A stretch of DNA of 64,000 nt from Lama guanicoe (lineage: Eukaryota), in NCBI GenBank assembly GCA_013239625.1, contig MU053873.1, forward strand, positions 572,524 to 636,523, written 5' to 3'. The position numbers and the translations under genes were made by a program. Under the pieces are notes generated by a model that did no database searches, was not told the origin of the DNA, and worked only from the letters and a program-made list of their open reading frames with translations. This document shows positions 1-11,847 of the stretch, one piece after another. Positions within the stretch are counted from its first letter, which is position 1. Every line of letters begins with the position of its first letter.

Positions 1-518
1 GGTAGGGAACTGCTGGCCTCCTGTAACAAGCGCTCTCCATCCGCTGTCTTATTAAATGTTCACAGCAGCCCTACCAGGTGAGACTTGTCCTCCTGTTTTA
101 CATGGGGGAGAAGCTGAGATTTGGAGAGATGAAGTAGCGTGTCTGTGGTCCTGTGTGCCTGGACTCGGAAGCCCGTGGTCTTTGCTTTACCCCAGCAGCC
201 TCTAGAAAAGGCCAGAAGGACGAACAGGGAACATGTACAGCCCAGGCCTGGCCTCTCCCTCCTCCAGGGAGCCATCCGAGCCTGAGTCCAGACTTCCTCA
301 CGTGTCTCACTCACATATTTTGACTGATTGATTCCTTGCCCACCAAGAAGCAAACAAAATTTAGACCATACTTACATGATGAAAATAATAGTAGGAAAAA
401 TCAGAGGAAACCAGAGTCAAGATTAATGTCCAGAAATGTTGCCGGGAAGTCCTGTCAGGGGTGGCTGGTTTGAGGAGTGAAGCGATGCCTGGGCCCAGGG
501 TTTACTGATGGGCTTCTC

Positions 519-650
519 AGCTTTTTACTTTGAAATAATTATAGATTCACAGGAAGCTGCAAAGACAGGACAGAGAAGTCTTCTGGTACCAGGACTATAA
601 AAAAAACTCCCCAGGTGATCCACTGTGCAAAGCTGAGGGTCTCTAACCTA
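519..650. mobile_element. Short L1M 3'-end fragment followed by a MER5-like fragment
   Basis: ttttgaaataattatagattcacaggaagctgcaaa; ctccccaggtgatcc. Confidence 0.5.
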
Positions 651-834
651 AAGCCAGGTCCTTACCTGTGGCTGGTGTGGGTGGGGTGGGTGGGGCTGAG
701 GTCGCCTGAAGCTGGGATCCCTCTGCCTGGCATCTCCACCTGTGCTGTCCGCTCTTACACTCCCTCCCTGATTTCGGTGGTGGGAAGTGCCTGTGTGCAT
801 CTGAAGTCTGAACCCAGCCCCTCTCTCCCCCTAG

Positions 835-897
835 ATGCAGCTGCCATCTTGCTGGATGAGCAGAACAAGCGTCCCTGCAGGAAATTTCTACTGACAG
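835..897 (+). CDS. ZMAT5: ZMAT5 (U11/U12 snRNP 20K) internal coding exon, [22 protein letters not shown]; upstream coding exon lies outside the window
   Basis: cccctag|ATGCAG...CTGACAG|gtaaag; 63 bp; peptide matches ZMAT5; contains first Cys of the C3H1 zinc finger. Confidence 0.95.
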
Positions 898-2170
898 GTA
901 AAGTGTTCTGCTCAGATCAGCTCCCCCCAGGGGCCAACATGCCCAGTCTGGTCCGCGTGGACCTCTGTACAGCCTCTCCCCGCAGCCGCCGCCCCTAGCC
1001 CGCTTGGTGCGTCAGGTGACTTGACATAGTTAACGAAGACCATCCCAGGAGTTGTGCCTTAGGGCTTCTGGGGCTTGGTCCTCAGCTCTGCAGACCTAGA
1101 ATGTGATTTTATTGGCTCACCCAGAACAAGCCAGCGCTGGGAAATTGCAAGTAAATCCAGGAGACATTGATGGGTGTAATAGACTGGCTGATTAAGTTAG
1201 CCTTGGAGCCTGACCTCCACTGCGCCCTCCCTCCCAGCCAGCAGGACTGGAGACGGTAACAGGTCCGACAATGCTGAGAAGGTTCTAAATTAGAACAAAG
1301 GATGCTGGGTGTTGATTTCATTCACTGCTCAGTACTCAGCTAATAAAGATGCATGTGGTTCAAAGAGACTACCTCAGTAGGTGAAGGAACCAAATGAATG
1401 AAAATAAGGGTAGGGAAAATAAGACAAAGCCAGGAGAATGATTAGTCTCTTCCATGCTTGCCTTGAGGGCCTGTGTACTTGCTAAGGGTTTGGCCCTGAG
1501 TTTCCTAGCAGCCAAGGCAAAGGGGAAAGAGGAAAGTCCTTAACATTGTAGTATGTAAGGGAGCTTAGCACTGGGGAGAGGTACTGCTGTTGGCCTAGGA
1601 AAGCGGGGTGAATGGCCGTGCTCCCCTCAGGAGACAGTGCTGCCCCCTGGATGGGCACCAGGCCTGCAACTCAGGGGCTGCTGTTCCCCACTGTCTCCAC
1701 CTGGGTGTGAACACACCACTGGTAGATGAGGCTGCCTTAGGACACCTCCAGTCTCCTGTTATTTTGAGACACATGTTGGTCTCCCCAGTTGAGATGTGGA
1801 AAGCCACCTGGACTTGGGTACCTCCTTGACAAAGCTGACATCAAAGCCTTCCTGGGGAGCAGTCCAACTGCTTGTGCACGCCCCACAGGCAGGGACACCA
1901 GGCAGAGGGCACAAGGAAGCAGGATCCTTTCAGGGACCCACCAGTAGTTTGCCGGGGCTGGGGGCTGGGGTAGGGGGAGGTGACAAGAGACAAGCCTGCA
2001 GAGGCTTGTGCAAGTCGATCATGAAAAGCTTCAGTGGGCTGTGGTATGCTGCCAGGGGAGGGTGGCGGGCTGGCCATGGTAGACCAGACAATGGCCCCTC
2101 CTCATGATGCCCCTCGGCCCATGGTGGGAGCTGTTCCCAGGCAGCCAGTAACTCTGTCCTCTGGTTGCAG

Positions 2171-2251
2171 GCCAGTGTGACTTTGGCTCCAACTGCAGAT
2201 TTTCCCACATGTCAGAGCAAGACCTGCAGGAGCTGAGTATCCAGGTGGAGG
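2171..2251 (+). CDS. ZMAT5: ZMAT5 coding exon (G)[26 protein letters not shown], completes C-x8-C-x5-C-x3-H zinc finger
   Basis: ttgcag|GCCAG...GTGGAGG|gtgagt; 81 bp; frame continuous with previous exon. Confidence 0.95.
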
Positions 2252-3499
2252 GTGAGTTTCAGTGGGACCCTGGTCTGGGCGGGGGTGGGTGCTAGGGGGA
2301 TGCTGTCCTGTGTCTCCCTATGTCCCCCTCTTTCATAGCTGCCACATGGGGTAGGCCGAGAGCTGCCCGGGGTGTCAGGAACTGCCTTCAGACCACCCCA
2401 AGTATGAGTGGAGAAGGAGCCAGGGAGCTCCCATCCATGTCCCCAGCTAGGTTTAAAGTAACATGCATGGCTTCCAGCCCTGGAGTCCTGAGGGTGTGCC
2501 TCAGCCCCACCCGGACCCTGCCTGCCTGGAATTCATTCATGTGCGCCCACCCGCCCTCCCCTTCCACAGTCAGGCAACATATATGGAGCCCCTGCTGAGT
2601 CCCTGGAAGGTCCCCTGGTGTGCTCTGGGGACCAGGGGATGAAGAGAGCGCCTTCTCTGCCCTCGGGATCCTCAAGCCTGTGACTCCAAGAAGCAACTTC
2701 AGCTTCCCTTGGAAACTGGCATGTCTGCCTCTGGGAAATTCACTTCTCACTGATCCAGTTACAGAAAAGGAAATTCCCACTTAGATGGTCTTTATCGATC
2801 TTCTCAAGCAGCCCCTACTGAACAGATGGAGACACCAAGCCTCACGTGAGCCCCCAGCGAGTGTGGCTGCTCACTCCTCCCTCTGTCTGCAGGGCCTTGG
2901 GCCATCAGGCAGCCAGCGAGGGCCTGGGGCGGCCTGGCCTCTGCCCTCATCCCCCAGTGGGCCTTGCTCCCCTCTGACCAGTCAGACCCTGTGGGCAGTG
3001 CCCTGCCCTGGGGAGCTGATGGCAGTGTACTGGCAGCCCTGGCACAAACTCAGGTTTCTAGGAGCTTTACCAGGGCGAAAGTGAGGCCGCGTGGGCCAGG
3101 CCAGCTAGTCCTGGCAGCAGCCAGGTCTCCACCTCTTCAAACAGCTGTGGTCTCAGAACTGTTGGCCTGTGGTGGGGAGAGCTCAGGTTTTGCCCTTTTC
3201 TGCAGCCGCCACTGCCTCCCTGACCCCTGGTTTGGACCCCTCCTGAGGACCAGGCGCTCAGCACACATTATCCTGTGTCCACCTCCAAACAGTGCGGGAG
3301 GCAGCCAGTGTTTTGTCTCCACTTGATGAGGAAGTAGAGTGAGGCTCTAAGGGGCAGGCCTGGGAAGTTGGCTTCAGGGTGGGGCCAGGCCAGGGGCTCT
3401 GCTCCTTCCCCAAGGAGGCCTCCGGTGCTTTGTGAGAGGGTGGGGTTCACGTAGGAGTGAATATGCCCCTGACTTGCTTCTGTCTCCCTATCCCCGCAG

Positions 3500-3611
3500 A
3501 GGAGAGGAGGGCCAGGGAGTGGCCACTTGAAGTCACCGAGCTCCCCGAGGGCCGTCTGGAGGACTGGCTGGAGAAGAGAGCCAAGCGGCTGAGCTCGGCC
3601 CCGAGCAGCAG
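3500..3611 (+). CDS. ZMAT5: ZMAT5 coding exon [37 protein letters not shown](R)
   Basis: ccgcag|AGGAG...AGCAG|gtacag; 112 bp; frame continuous. Confidence 0.93.
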
Positions 3612-6600
3612 GTACAGGCACTGAGGGTCCCCTCCTCCCGTGCCCTCTGGGAGCAAGACCCCAGCCAGCTTGCCCTGGCCTGAAGCTGAGCAGTCTCCAC
3701 AAACTTCCCAGGGGCCAGGCACGGACACCCCTACAGAGCTCCCCAGGTGGGGGCCACGTCAGGGGCTCTTGGATCTCCAGGCCCTGGTCAGAGGCCGTGG
3801 GGCACTCGCTTGAAGGTTCCTTTGCCTGGCCTCACCCCTCTGCCTTAGTGGCTCCTCCCTTGTGGGAGTCTGTACTGGCTGAAGCAGGGGCAGGTGGCCA
3901 AGCCAGCGTGACTCCACACACCAAGTCCACTGCCAGACAGAGGGCCTAACTATGGTTACTGAGGCCCCAGTAAGCCAGTCACCATGCTGTCTAGAGCCCT
4001 GCCAGGTAGGCATGGTTGCCCTGACCCTGCAAAAGGGGAAGTGAGGCTCATAGGATGTGTCCGGGGTTAAGAGCTAAGAGCAGGCAGAGCTGGGGTTGCA
4101 CAGAGGTGTGACCGGCTCATTATCATTGTCCCTCTGCCTCCTTGAGGAAGGAACTGGGGTGAGGCATCCCAACACTCAGGATGCTGGGAAGTAGACCAGG
4201 TGCCTTTCAGCCCTTGTATGGGGAGCACCTTGGGTCAGGAGCCCTCAGGTGTGTGCTGCGTGCTGTCCCAGGTCCTCCTCTTCAAGGTCACAGCCAAGAC
4301 CAAAGCCAGGTTGTCTGGGCTCTTCCACCATGTCTTGAAAGAGAGAGTGGGGAGGAAAAGGGCTAAAGGATGTGCTCAAGAACTACCCAAATTGGTAAAG
4401 TTGTTCCACACCAGGCTGCCTCCTTTCCTGTCCTGCACTGGAGCTTTGGACCCGATGATTTGTCGGGTGTGTCTATTGAGACTGTAGCCTGGCCAGGGCT
4501 GCGGGAACCTGCTTGGTCAGTCTGTGGGATGAGCTCTTCCCTTGAGGCTCTGCCAGGAGATGAGAGCTAAGCTTCTTGCCTTCTCCGTGTGCCAGTGAAG
4601 AGAGCTTGTTAAGTGATTTTAAAATTAACTGTGATTGTTTTTACCTTTGTTTTAAATCTGTGCCCAGTTGTCCCCCAACCTTGAAAATATATATAGTACA
4701 GTCATGCCTCATATGTTGGAGGGTGACGTCCATTCCTTCTGATCCTGTCTGATGCGGTTTGATCTTGGTCGTGTGGGCGTCCCCCTTGGGACTGGTCCAG
4801 GGATCCATGTCTGGGGCTGGCTGAGGTCCTGTCCAGCGGGGAGTCTGCCGTGGTGGTGGCAGTAGCCGGCTGCTGGGATGGCAGGGACTGTTTCTGGAAT
4901 AGAGCCTGCAACTGGGGACCACTCTAAACCCTAGGGAGTCTGAACCCTGTCCCTGAGCTTCTCTCCCTCTGGCCACCCAACCTGGCCCCTTCCAGGGGAC
5001 CTGCTTTTCCATTTGTTCTCTGTGCCTTTGCACCTGTCCACCTGCCTCCTGAGGGCTTAGAGCCAAAATGAATTACTCTCTGGGCAGAGCAGGCCAGTCC
5101 AGCCTTGAGAAAAAGAGGTTGTGGGAAGGGAGGGGACCATTTATTATTGCTTTTGCCATCACTGCCTCGTTCTTCCTCAGCCCTCTCCCTTCAGGCTGGT
5201 CTCATGAAAAAAGACACCTTGCAACCCACAAGCTTTGGGCTCTGCCCCTGAATCCCTGGCCCCTACTCTGCAGGGTCGGGGGGCAGTGGATTCAGCAGGA
5301 TTTGGCAGGCTGCCTCCCTCTGTTCCCCGAGGCTCCTACCCTCAAGGCAGGTCTCTGTTCCCTTCACCCACCCTGGCTCTCCTAGATGGCACGGCAGCCC
5401 CTCCTGGTCCCCTGCGTCCCCTCTGCTCCTCCAGCCCATGCTCTACACCCCAGCCCCAACCAGCTTCTAAACACTTCCTGGCCCCGGCCCCTGCTTAAAC
5501 CCTCCTGGGATTCCTCCACCTCCAGGGAGCTCCCTGGGCCCGGGGAACCTCCCTGCCACCTCTCGGGCCAGTAAGGGTCACCTTCTCTCCTCTCCCATCT
5601 GGCCTCTGTGTCAATCCCACTGGATTCTGGGCAGCTTCTTAGATGTGCTGGGCATGTCTGATTTCGGGGCACCTTGTGCGTGCTGTTTCCTCTGCTTGGA
5701 ACTGTCCCCACCCTCTGCCTGGCAAAATCAGACTCATCCTTTAAGCTTTAGCTAAGACATCTCCTTTTCCACCCCCAGACGGCCCCCTCATGGCCCTGAG
5801 CTCACAGTGTTGTCATTCAGCCTGGCACAGGCCCAGGACACGTTGACTGCATGAGAGAGCATTTGGGGAGCAGGGTCCCAGCCTGGAGAACTATTCCTGA
5901 GTGTTAGCGCCAGGGGCCCCTTGTGGGGACCAGTCTGGTGGCCCCTCTACCTCTCTGTTTCCTCCCCTTGGGGCACAGGGTACAGATGGTTGCCTGGCCC
6001 ACCTGGGGCCACCCAGACCTGAAGGTTCCAACCTCCCAGCCTGAGCAGAACCCTCAAGGTGAGCCGGGCCAACCCTCCTTGTAAAAGGAGAGACGGAGGC
6101 TCTGTGAGGCCCCAGCCTGGCACATCCTGCCACCCCCTCAGCAAACTGACCCCGAGGCACCTGCCTGGAGCGGACGGTGGCGGGAGGGAGGGGCCGGCCT
6201 CAGACAAGCTGACTAATCCCCGGCGGGGCCGGTGCCCGTCCTCGTCCGTTGTTGGCTCTTCAGACTGTGACCTTATCCCTCTTAATCCGCCCCGCCTTTG
6301 CACCCCTCTCTGGGCCAGCGCTACTGTCCTGGCCCAGGCGCCTCCCTAAGACTCTTTCCTTCTAATGAGGACAATTGCTGGGAAAAGCAAGGGAGAGCGG
6401 CTCCTGCCCCTGTGACGGGGAAGGCAGGCCACGGGAGGAGCCAGAGCACAGTCCTGTGCACCTCAGTGTCCCCGTCTGCTCTGTGCGGGCTGGAGGGGCA
6501 TGCTCCGGGGGCTCGGGGGCTTGGGGGCCCCAGGGGTGTGAGGCCCAGGGACTGGGCCCTTCTCCAGGCAGGAGGCCTCAGCTGAGTCCCTTCTCCTGGC

Positions 6601-7729
6601 AGGAGGCCTCAGCTGCCCAGGAATCTGCTCCATCTTCTAGAGGAAGGATCTGAGGCTCACGGGAAGGGACTCCCCAGTCACACCCTCTCTGCGGAGAATT
6701 GTGGTCACCCCAGCCCCACAGGGAGCCCGGGCTTGGCTGGCAGCCGAGGCTCTCCCTTCCAGCAACTGCGGAGCCTTCCCCACTCCCACCCTTCTCTGCG
6801 GCTGGTGGAGTTTATGAAATCTCCCTGGTGCCATAAATCATGCTGGGAGCTGCTTTCTGTGCTCTACAGCAGGCAGCTAGCAGTAGGGCAGGGATTTCCC
6901 TGTCCTTACGCAACAGGAGGCCCCAGAGGCTGTGCCCGGGGCTGCCTGAAGCCCTTGCTGAGGCTCCTACAGCGGGTCAGGCCCCGAGAGGGGCAGGTTG
7001 GCTGAGCGCAGCCAGGCAGCCCCCTACCTCTGCCTAGGAGGGCTTAGCCTCTTCAGACCTGTCACCAAGGGCCTGGGATATGCTTTTCCTGCAGAGGGCT
7101 GGCCACTGGGCCCCTGAGCCTGCTGCAGGCTGCCAGGGCCTCGCCTTCACTGAAAGCTGGGCCTAGGGCTGGGAAGGGGAGCTCACGAGCCAAAGTGCAT
7201 CATCCCTGTCCCAGACTTGTCACTTGGGCGCAGGACTGACTCCACGCACCTCAGTGGCCTCATTTATAAAATGGGGTTCACTTGAGGATTCTTGAGGTTT
7301 CTCAAGGCCATGGTGTCTGGCCCAGAGTAGCACCCAGGCAGTAAGAGCACACAGCGTTGCTGTTTGTCATCAGCAGACATTCACTGGGTGGCCTCCCGGG
7401 TACTGAGGGAGCAGATGGATGCCACCCCATCCCCTGGCCTCTCCTCTAAGAGCTCCAGGCCCATAGGGGAGACATGAGCTCCCAGCTCAGTTCATAACAC
7501 TCCCTCCGTAGCCTGAGGGGCAGTGCAGCCCTGGATCAGCAGCCTGAGTGGAGGTCACGTCCAGAAGGATCAGAATGTGGGGCAGTAATGGGGGGAGGTT
7601 GCCTCTTGCCTCAGTGGGCTCCTTTAGGACAGGGCCACCCCAGTCTGGGCACCGGGTTCCCAGGAGGTAGTCCCAGGGTTGGTGGACCTTAAGGGGAAGG
7701 AGGGTGAGTAGCATGAGAAATGAGGCTTT

Positions 7730-8230
7730 TAAAAATTTAGACAGTATTTTTTTTCTGATTTCAAAGGCTTGTGTGCTTGTAAAACTTTTCTTGAAAAGTA
7801 TAAAGAAGTAAAAAAAAGTCACTCTTAATTGCACCACTCAGAACCACTGTTAACATTTGCTGTGTCTTCCAAGTTTTTTATGCATTTATATATGTTATAT
7901 ATCTTTCAACAAAAATAGTATCATGCTATATACATTATTTTATAAGCTGCTTTTTCTCCTTATTCACACAGAACATCATGACATCTTTCCTCATCAGTGC
8001 ATATAAGTCTGCCTTAATCTTTCACAGGCTGCGTAGCATTCTCTGCTGTCAACGTGCATATATATTTAATCAGTCCCCCACAGGTGGACACTAAGGTTAT
8101 TTCCATTTCTTAAAGCTCAGTCTCTGCCCACAACCCCACTATTTCCTTGGGCTCATTCCTAGAGGTGAGATGGCTGGCTCAAACGGTCTGCATGTTTTTG
8201 AGGCTCTGCCTTCAAGGAAGGTTATACAGG
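7730..8230 (-). mobile_element. Degraded L1M 3' fragment in the last ZMAT5 intron
   Basis: AT-rich island; tatttaatcagtcccc...tggacactaaggttatttcca, tatttccttggg...tcctagaggtgagatggctgg typical of antisense L1M. Confidence 0.7.
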
Positions 8231-8342
8231 CAGCTGACCCTCCCCACAGCTGGAGTGGTGAGGAGGGTAAGCTGAGGTGGGGGTGTCCCAGCCAGGGCCT
8301 GGGCTGTGCCCCACTTGAATTCTCTGTCCTCTTTCTCTCTAG

Positions 8343-8472
8343 GGCAGAACCCATCAGAGCCACTGTCTTCCAGTACCCTGTGGGCTGGCCACCAGTCCAG
8401 GAGCTGCCTCCATCCCTGCGGGCACCCCCACCAGGAGGGTGGCCCCTGCAGCCCAGTGTCCAGTGGGGCTGA
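8343..8472 (+). CDS. ZMAT5: ZMAT5 last coding exon (R)[42 protein letters not shown]
   Basis: long pyrimidine tract ctctag|GGCAG; TGA at 8470-8472; the four exons total 386 nt, consistent with a 170-aa protein if the missing first coding exon supplies 127 nt. Confidence 0.95.
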
Positions 8473-8511
8473 GCCCCTCATCCCTGCCTGGTCAGCTCTC
8501 AAGTCAGCCAC

Positions 8512-8729
8512 AGTAAAAACAAGGGCTTGTACTGAGGACACCGAGGCCCCCTCCTGCTGTACCCCATGGAGCGTCTGAAATCATTGACTCGGACTCGCCT
8601 GGCCTCTCTGGGGCCTAAAAGCCCCTCCTATCCAGGTGCAGCCCTGGTCCTGGCTCTGCCCCCTCCCTCTCCTCCACCCTCCTTCCTTCCTGGGCATCTT
8701 GAGAAGACTTCCTTCCAGATGCTTATAAA
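8512..8729 (+). terminator. ZMAT5: Candidate ZMAT5 poly(A) signals: AGTAAA (8512-8517) and TATAAA (8724-8729)
   Basis: variant hexamers shortly after the stop; no canonical AATAAA seen nearby. Confidence 0.4.
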
Positions 8730-10059
8730 GAAAGTCTGTCACCACGGTGGTGTGGCCGCTCTTCCCCCTTGTCTGGCACCCTCAGCTCCGTGCGCTGGCC
8801 CTGGGTCAGAAGATGGGCAGGGCTGGAATGAGATGAGGTCCTCTCTGGGGTGACCAGCACTGCTGCCCTTCTCCCCTGGGGGCCAGCAGAGACTCAGCTC
8901 AGAGGGCGGCCAGTGTGGCTGGGCCTCGCCCAGGTAAGAAGTAGCTCTGGATCCGGGGAGGGAAGCCAGGACTCCGTCTGCCGTCTGGCCCCTACACCTG
9001 CCCATGTGGAGCTGGTGCCCGACCGTGAGATGGCATGACTGGGGCGGGGCTAGGAGCTGGGTCTCTGGTCTGGATGGAGTGGAGCAGTCAGGGGCCCAGG
9101 AGGATAGGCCCCGGGCATGGGAGAATGGCCCGTCTGAGCTTCTTGGCACCAACACCAGGGATGGCTTCTGCCCTGGAGGAGCCCCCTGATTGGGAGGGGG
9201 ACCACACAGGCTACTCAGATTTGCAGCCTCCAAGCCCCAGCTATGCTTCCTGCCTCAACTGCACCTGCACTCCAGTTCGAGATTCTGTGCTGGGGTGGCT
9301 GTGGGCAATGTGGCCCTCAGGTCACTGGGCCTCTGGTCAGGGGCCCAAAGGGTAGGGTGGCTGCTGCGGCACCTCAGATGCTCCATGCTCTATGAGCTTC
9401 TGCCCTTCCTAAAAATCCCCACTGATGGGGGAACTGAGGCCAAATCTGGGAGCCTGCTGAGCCTCAGGCTCCTCATCTCTGAAATGGGCTGATTCTCTAG
9501 CCCCGGCAGGTGTGTGGAGGACAGCTGGGTTCGAGTCTAAGGAGGGTCAGAGGAGGGGACTCAGCAGAAGGCCAGGGGCTTCCTCAGGCCATGCCAGGGA
9601 GTAGGGCCAGGAGACTTCAGCCTCATCATGTCCCCCTTCAGAAGGAGGCTTCTGCCCCCCACACTTCCCCCTGTGGCCCCAGGAACAGGGATGGGTTGGC
9701 TGTGTGGTCCTGGGCACACGGTACCCTCTCCTGCCTAACAGACCCCAGCAGCTACTGGGCCCTGTACAAATTCCTCCTTGATTTCCCAGGAGCCCCTGGA
9801 CAGTGGGAAGCGTTAGTGCTACATACAGACCAGGGTGGGGCGCGGGCAGGGTGCAGGTGGGGCTGGACCGTCCTCAGAGTCACCACCAGGCCCCCCACAG
9901 CCAGGCCACAGCTCCATGCAAGGCCTGTGAGGCGGGTGGGGTGGGGCTGCTGGACGTCCAGGCCCTGAAGTACACACTGAGGGAGAGGACTGCAGGCGGC
10001 GGTGGATGTGGAGTGGGCCCCATGCACCGCGCGGGCCAGACGGGGCGCCCAGGTGGCGC

Positions 10060-10187
10060 CTATTTCATGCCGCTGCGCAGCACCTGGTTGGCCGCGATGA
10101 GCATAACGCTGATGATGAAGGCGATGGCGAAGGCGCAGATCAGGCTCTTGCGCACGCACGTCTGGCGGATCTGCTGGTTGGAGCAGG
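10060..10187 (-). CDS. CABP7: CABP7 exon 5 coding part: TCSNQQIRQTCVRKSLICAFAIAFIISVMLIAANQVLRSGMK*, C-terminal transmembrane tail anchor
   Basis: ccacag|CCTGC on minus strand; TAG at 10062-10060; 128 bp; hydrophobic TM segment typical of calneurons. Confidence 0.96.
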
Positions 10188-10371
10188 CTGTGGCCGCCCG
10201 CCCGGAGCATCAGAGAGAGAGACAGAAGGGGACAGCGAAGCGAAGGAATCAGGGGTCACCTGCACTTCTGCACACAGGGACACGAGGTGGGGGACAGGCT
10301 GGGAGGCCCCCAGGCCCCTCCCCTGCCCGAGCAGCTGGCCCGCCCGCGGGGTCCCGGGGTGGGGCACTCAC

Positions 10372-10525
10372 TCTCCACGTCCACGGGGCACTCCTCCGCC
10401 GTGCCCAGGTGGCTCTCCTCCTCCGTCATGATGATGTTCTCGATGTCCTTCATGGACAGGTGCTCACAGAAGGTGTCGTAGAGCAGCCGCTTCAGCTCGT
10501 CCACGGTCAGCTTCTGCATGTCGCA
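10372..10525 (-). CDS. CABP7: CABP7 exon 4: CDMQKLTVDELKRLLYDTFCEHLSMKDIENIIMTEEESHLGTAEECPVDVE
   Basis: cccaag|TGCGAC...GAGA|gtgagt; 154 bp; peptide in ORF 10256..10630. Confidence 0.96.
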
Positions 10526-10807
10526 CTTGGGTAGGGGGAGACACAGTGCTCTGGCCGCCAGCACCACCATGGGCCCCACCCTGCACCCGTGGCCACACAA
10601 GCCTCCAGACTCAGGAGGGCTGGGAAGCACTCATTCTATTCCTTGGGTCCTCGACCAACACTGGCCTCCCCTGGAAGCCTATGGCCCTCTGGGAGACAGG
10701 ACATCAGTGGACAGAAGCCTGAAGGTGTCACCCCCCTTTACAGTGTGGGCCCTATTACAGCCCTCCATTGTGTACACAGCCCCGGGTCCCAGTCGGCCAG
10801 GATGTAC

Positions 10808-10920
10808 CTTCCAGAAGACGGTGTCAAAGTCAGTGCCATGGAACTTCTCTGGGATCCCCGAGGTGGAGAGCTTGGGTCCCAGGAGGGTCACAAACTCCTC
10901 AAAGTCCACTTGGCCATCAC
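10808..10920 (-). CDS. CABP7: CABP7 exon 3: (G)DGQVDFEEFVTLLGPKLSTSGIPEKFHGTDFDTVFWK, second half of EF-hand 2
   Basis: ctctag|GTGAT...TGGAAG|gtacat; 113 bp. Confidence 0.96.
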
Positions 10921-11703
10921 CTAGAGCAGGTGCAGGCCAGTCAGCTGGTGAGGCTACACCCAGGCACCTTGGGCTACTGTGGAACCTCAGGCAGGGCCCC
11001 TCCCTGGAGCCTTGAGTCAGTTTTGGGGGCACCTAATGTGCCAGGCTCTGGGCTGATGCTGAAGCCACCAAGTGTGCTGAGGCCCCACCCAGCAAGGCAG
11101 CAGCTGGGCCTCGCTTGTGGGAGACACGATTCACTCCGAACCCAACACAGCTTCTCAGCACCTGCTGCTGTCCCAGAGCCAGTGTGGGGCCCAACACCCT
11201 CTCCACCACACGGACAGGAAGTGAAGCTCGGGATGGGGAACCACCTACACGAGCCCCCACCTGCTCTCTGGGCGGAGAGGAGGCAGGGGAGGAGGCCACA
11301 GAGGGATGAGAGGAGGGGACTGGGCATTACTGGTTCTAATGAGTTTTTCCTTAATAAAATGCCAGGTGGCAAATTCAACGAAATGATTTTTTATTTTCGG
11401 TGACGGGAACTAGGGTATTTAGTATATCCGTCCTACTTTTCTGTACTTTAAAAATTTCTTGGAATACGGGGCAAGAGGGGCGGAGTCTCCACTCCCTGGT
11501 GTGGCTGGGGCTGTCACACACTCTGGTCTCAATTCTCCAGGCTGAGAAATGGGGCCAGACCTGGCTGCAAATTGCCTTGGGTGTGAAGGTGGCTGGGAGT
11601 GGGGAGAGTGAGAGGCCCCCAGTGGGCTCAGGCTCGCTGGCTCAGCCCCAGGCTCGGCCCCCCCAGGTGAGGGGTGAGGAGACTGAGGCGGGAGGGTGCT
11701 CAC

Positions 11704-11847
11704 CATCCATGTCCAGCCGCTGGATGATAACCTCCAGCTCCACCTCGTTGGGCATGTAGCCCAGGGAACGCATGGCTGTGCCCAGCTCCTGCTTGGAGAT
11801 GAAGCCGTTGCCATCACGGTCAAAGACTTTGAAGGCCTCTCGGATCT
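11704..11847 (-). CDS. CABP7: CABP7 exon 2: [50 protein letters not shown]-hand 1 and start of EF-hand 2
   Basis: ctacag|AGATC...GATG|gtgagc; 144 bp; canonical EF loop [12 protein letters not shown]. Confidence 0.97.

Noticed and set aside
898..8342. Possible U12-type intron autoregulation in ZMAT5
   Set aside because: All donors seen (gtaaag, gtgagt, gtacag) are U2-type; no RTATCCTT donor at these exons
9803..10534. 243-aa + strand ORF
   Set aside because: Antisense shadow of CABP7 exons 4-5; no domain resemblance
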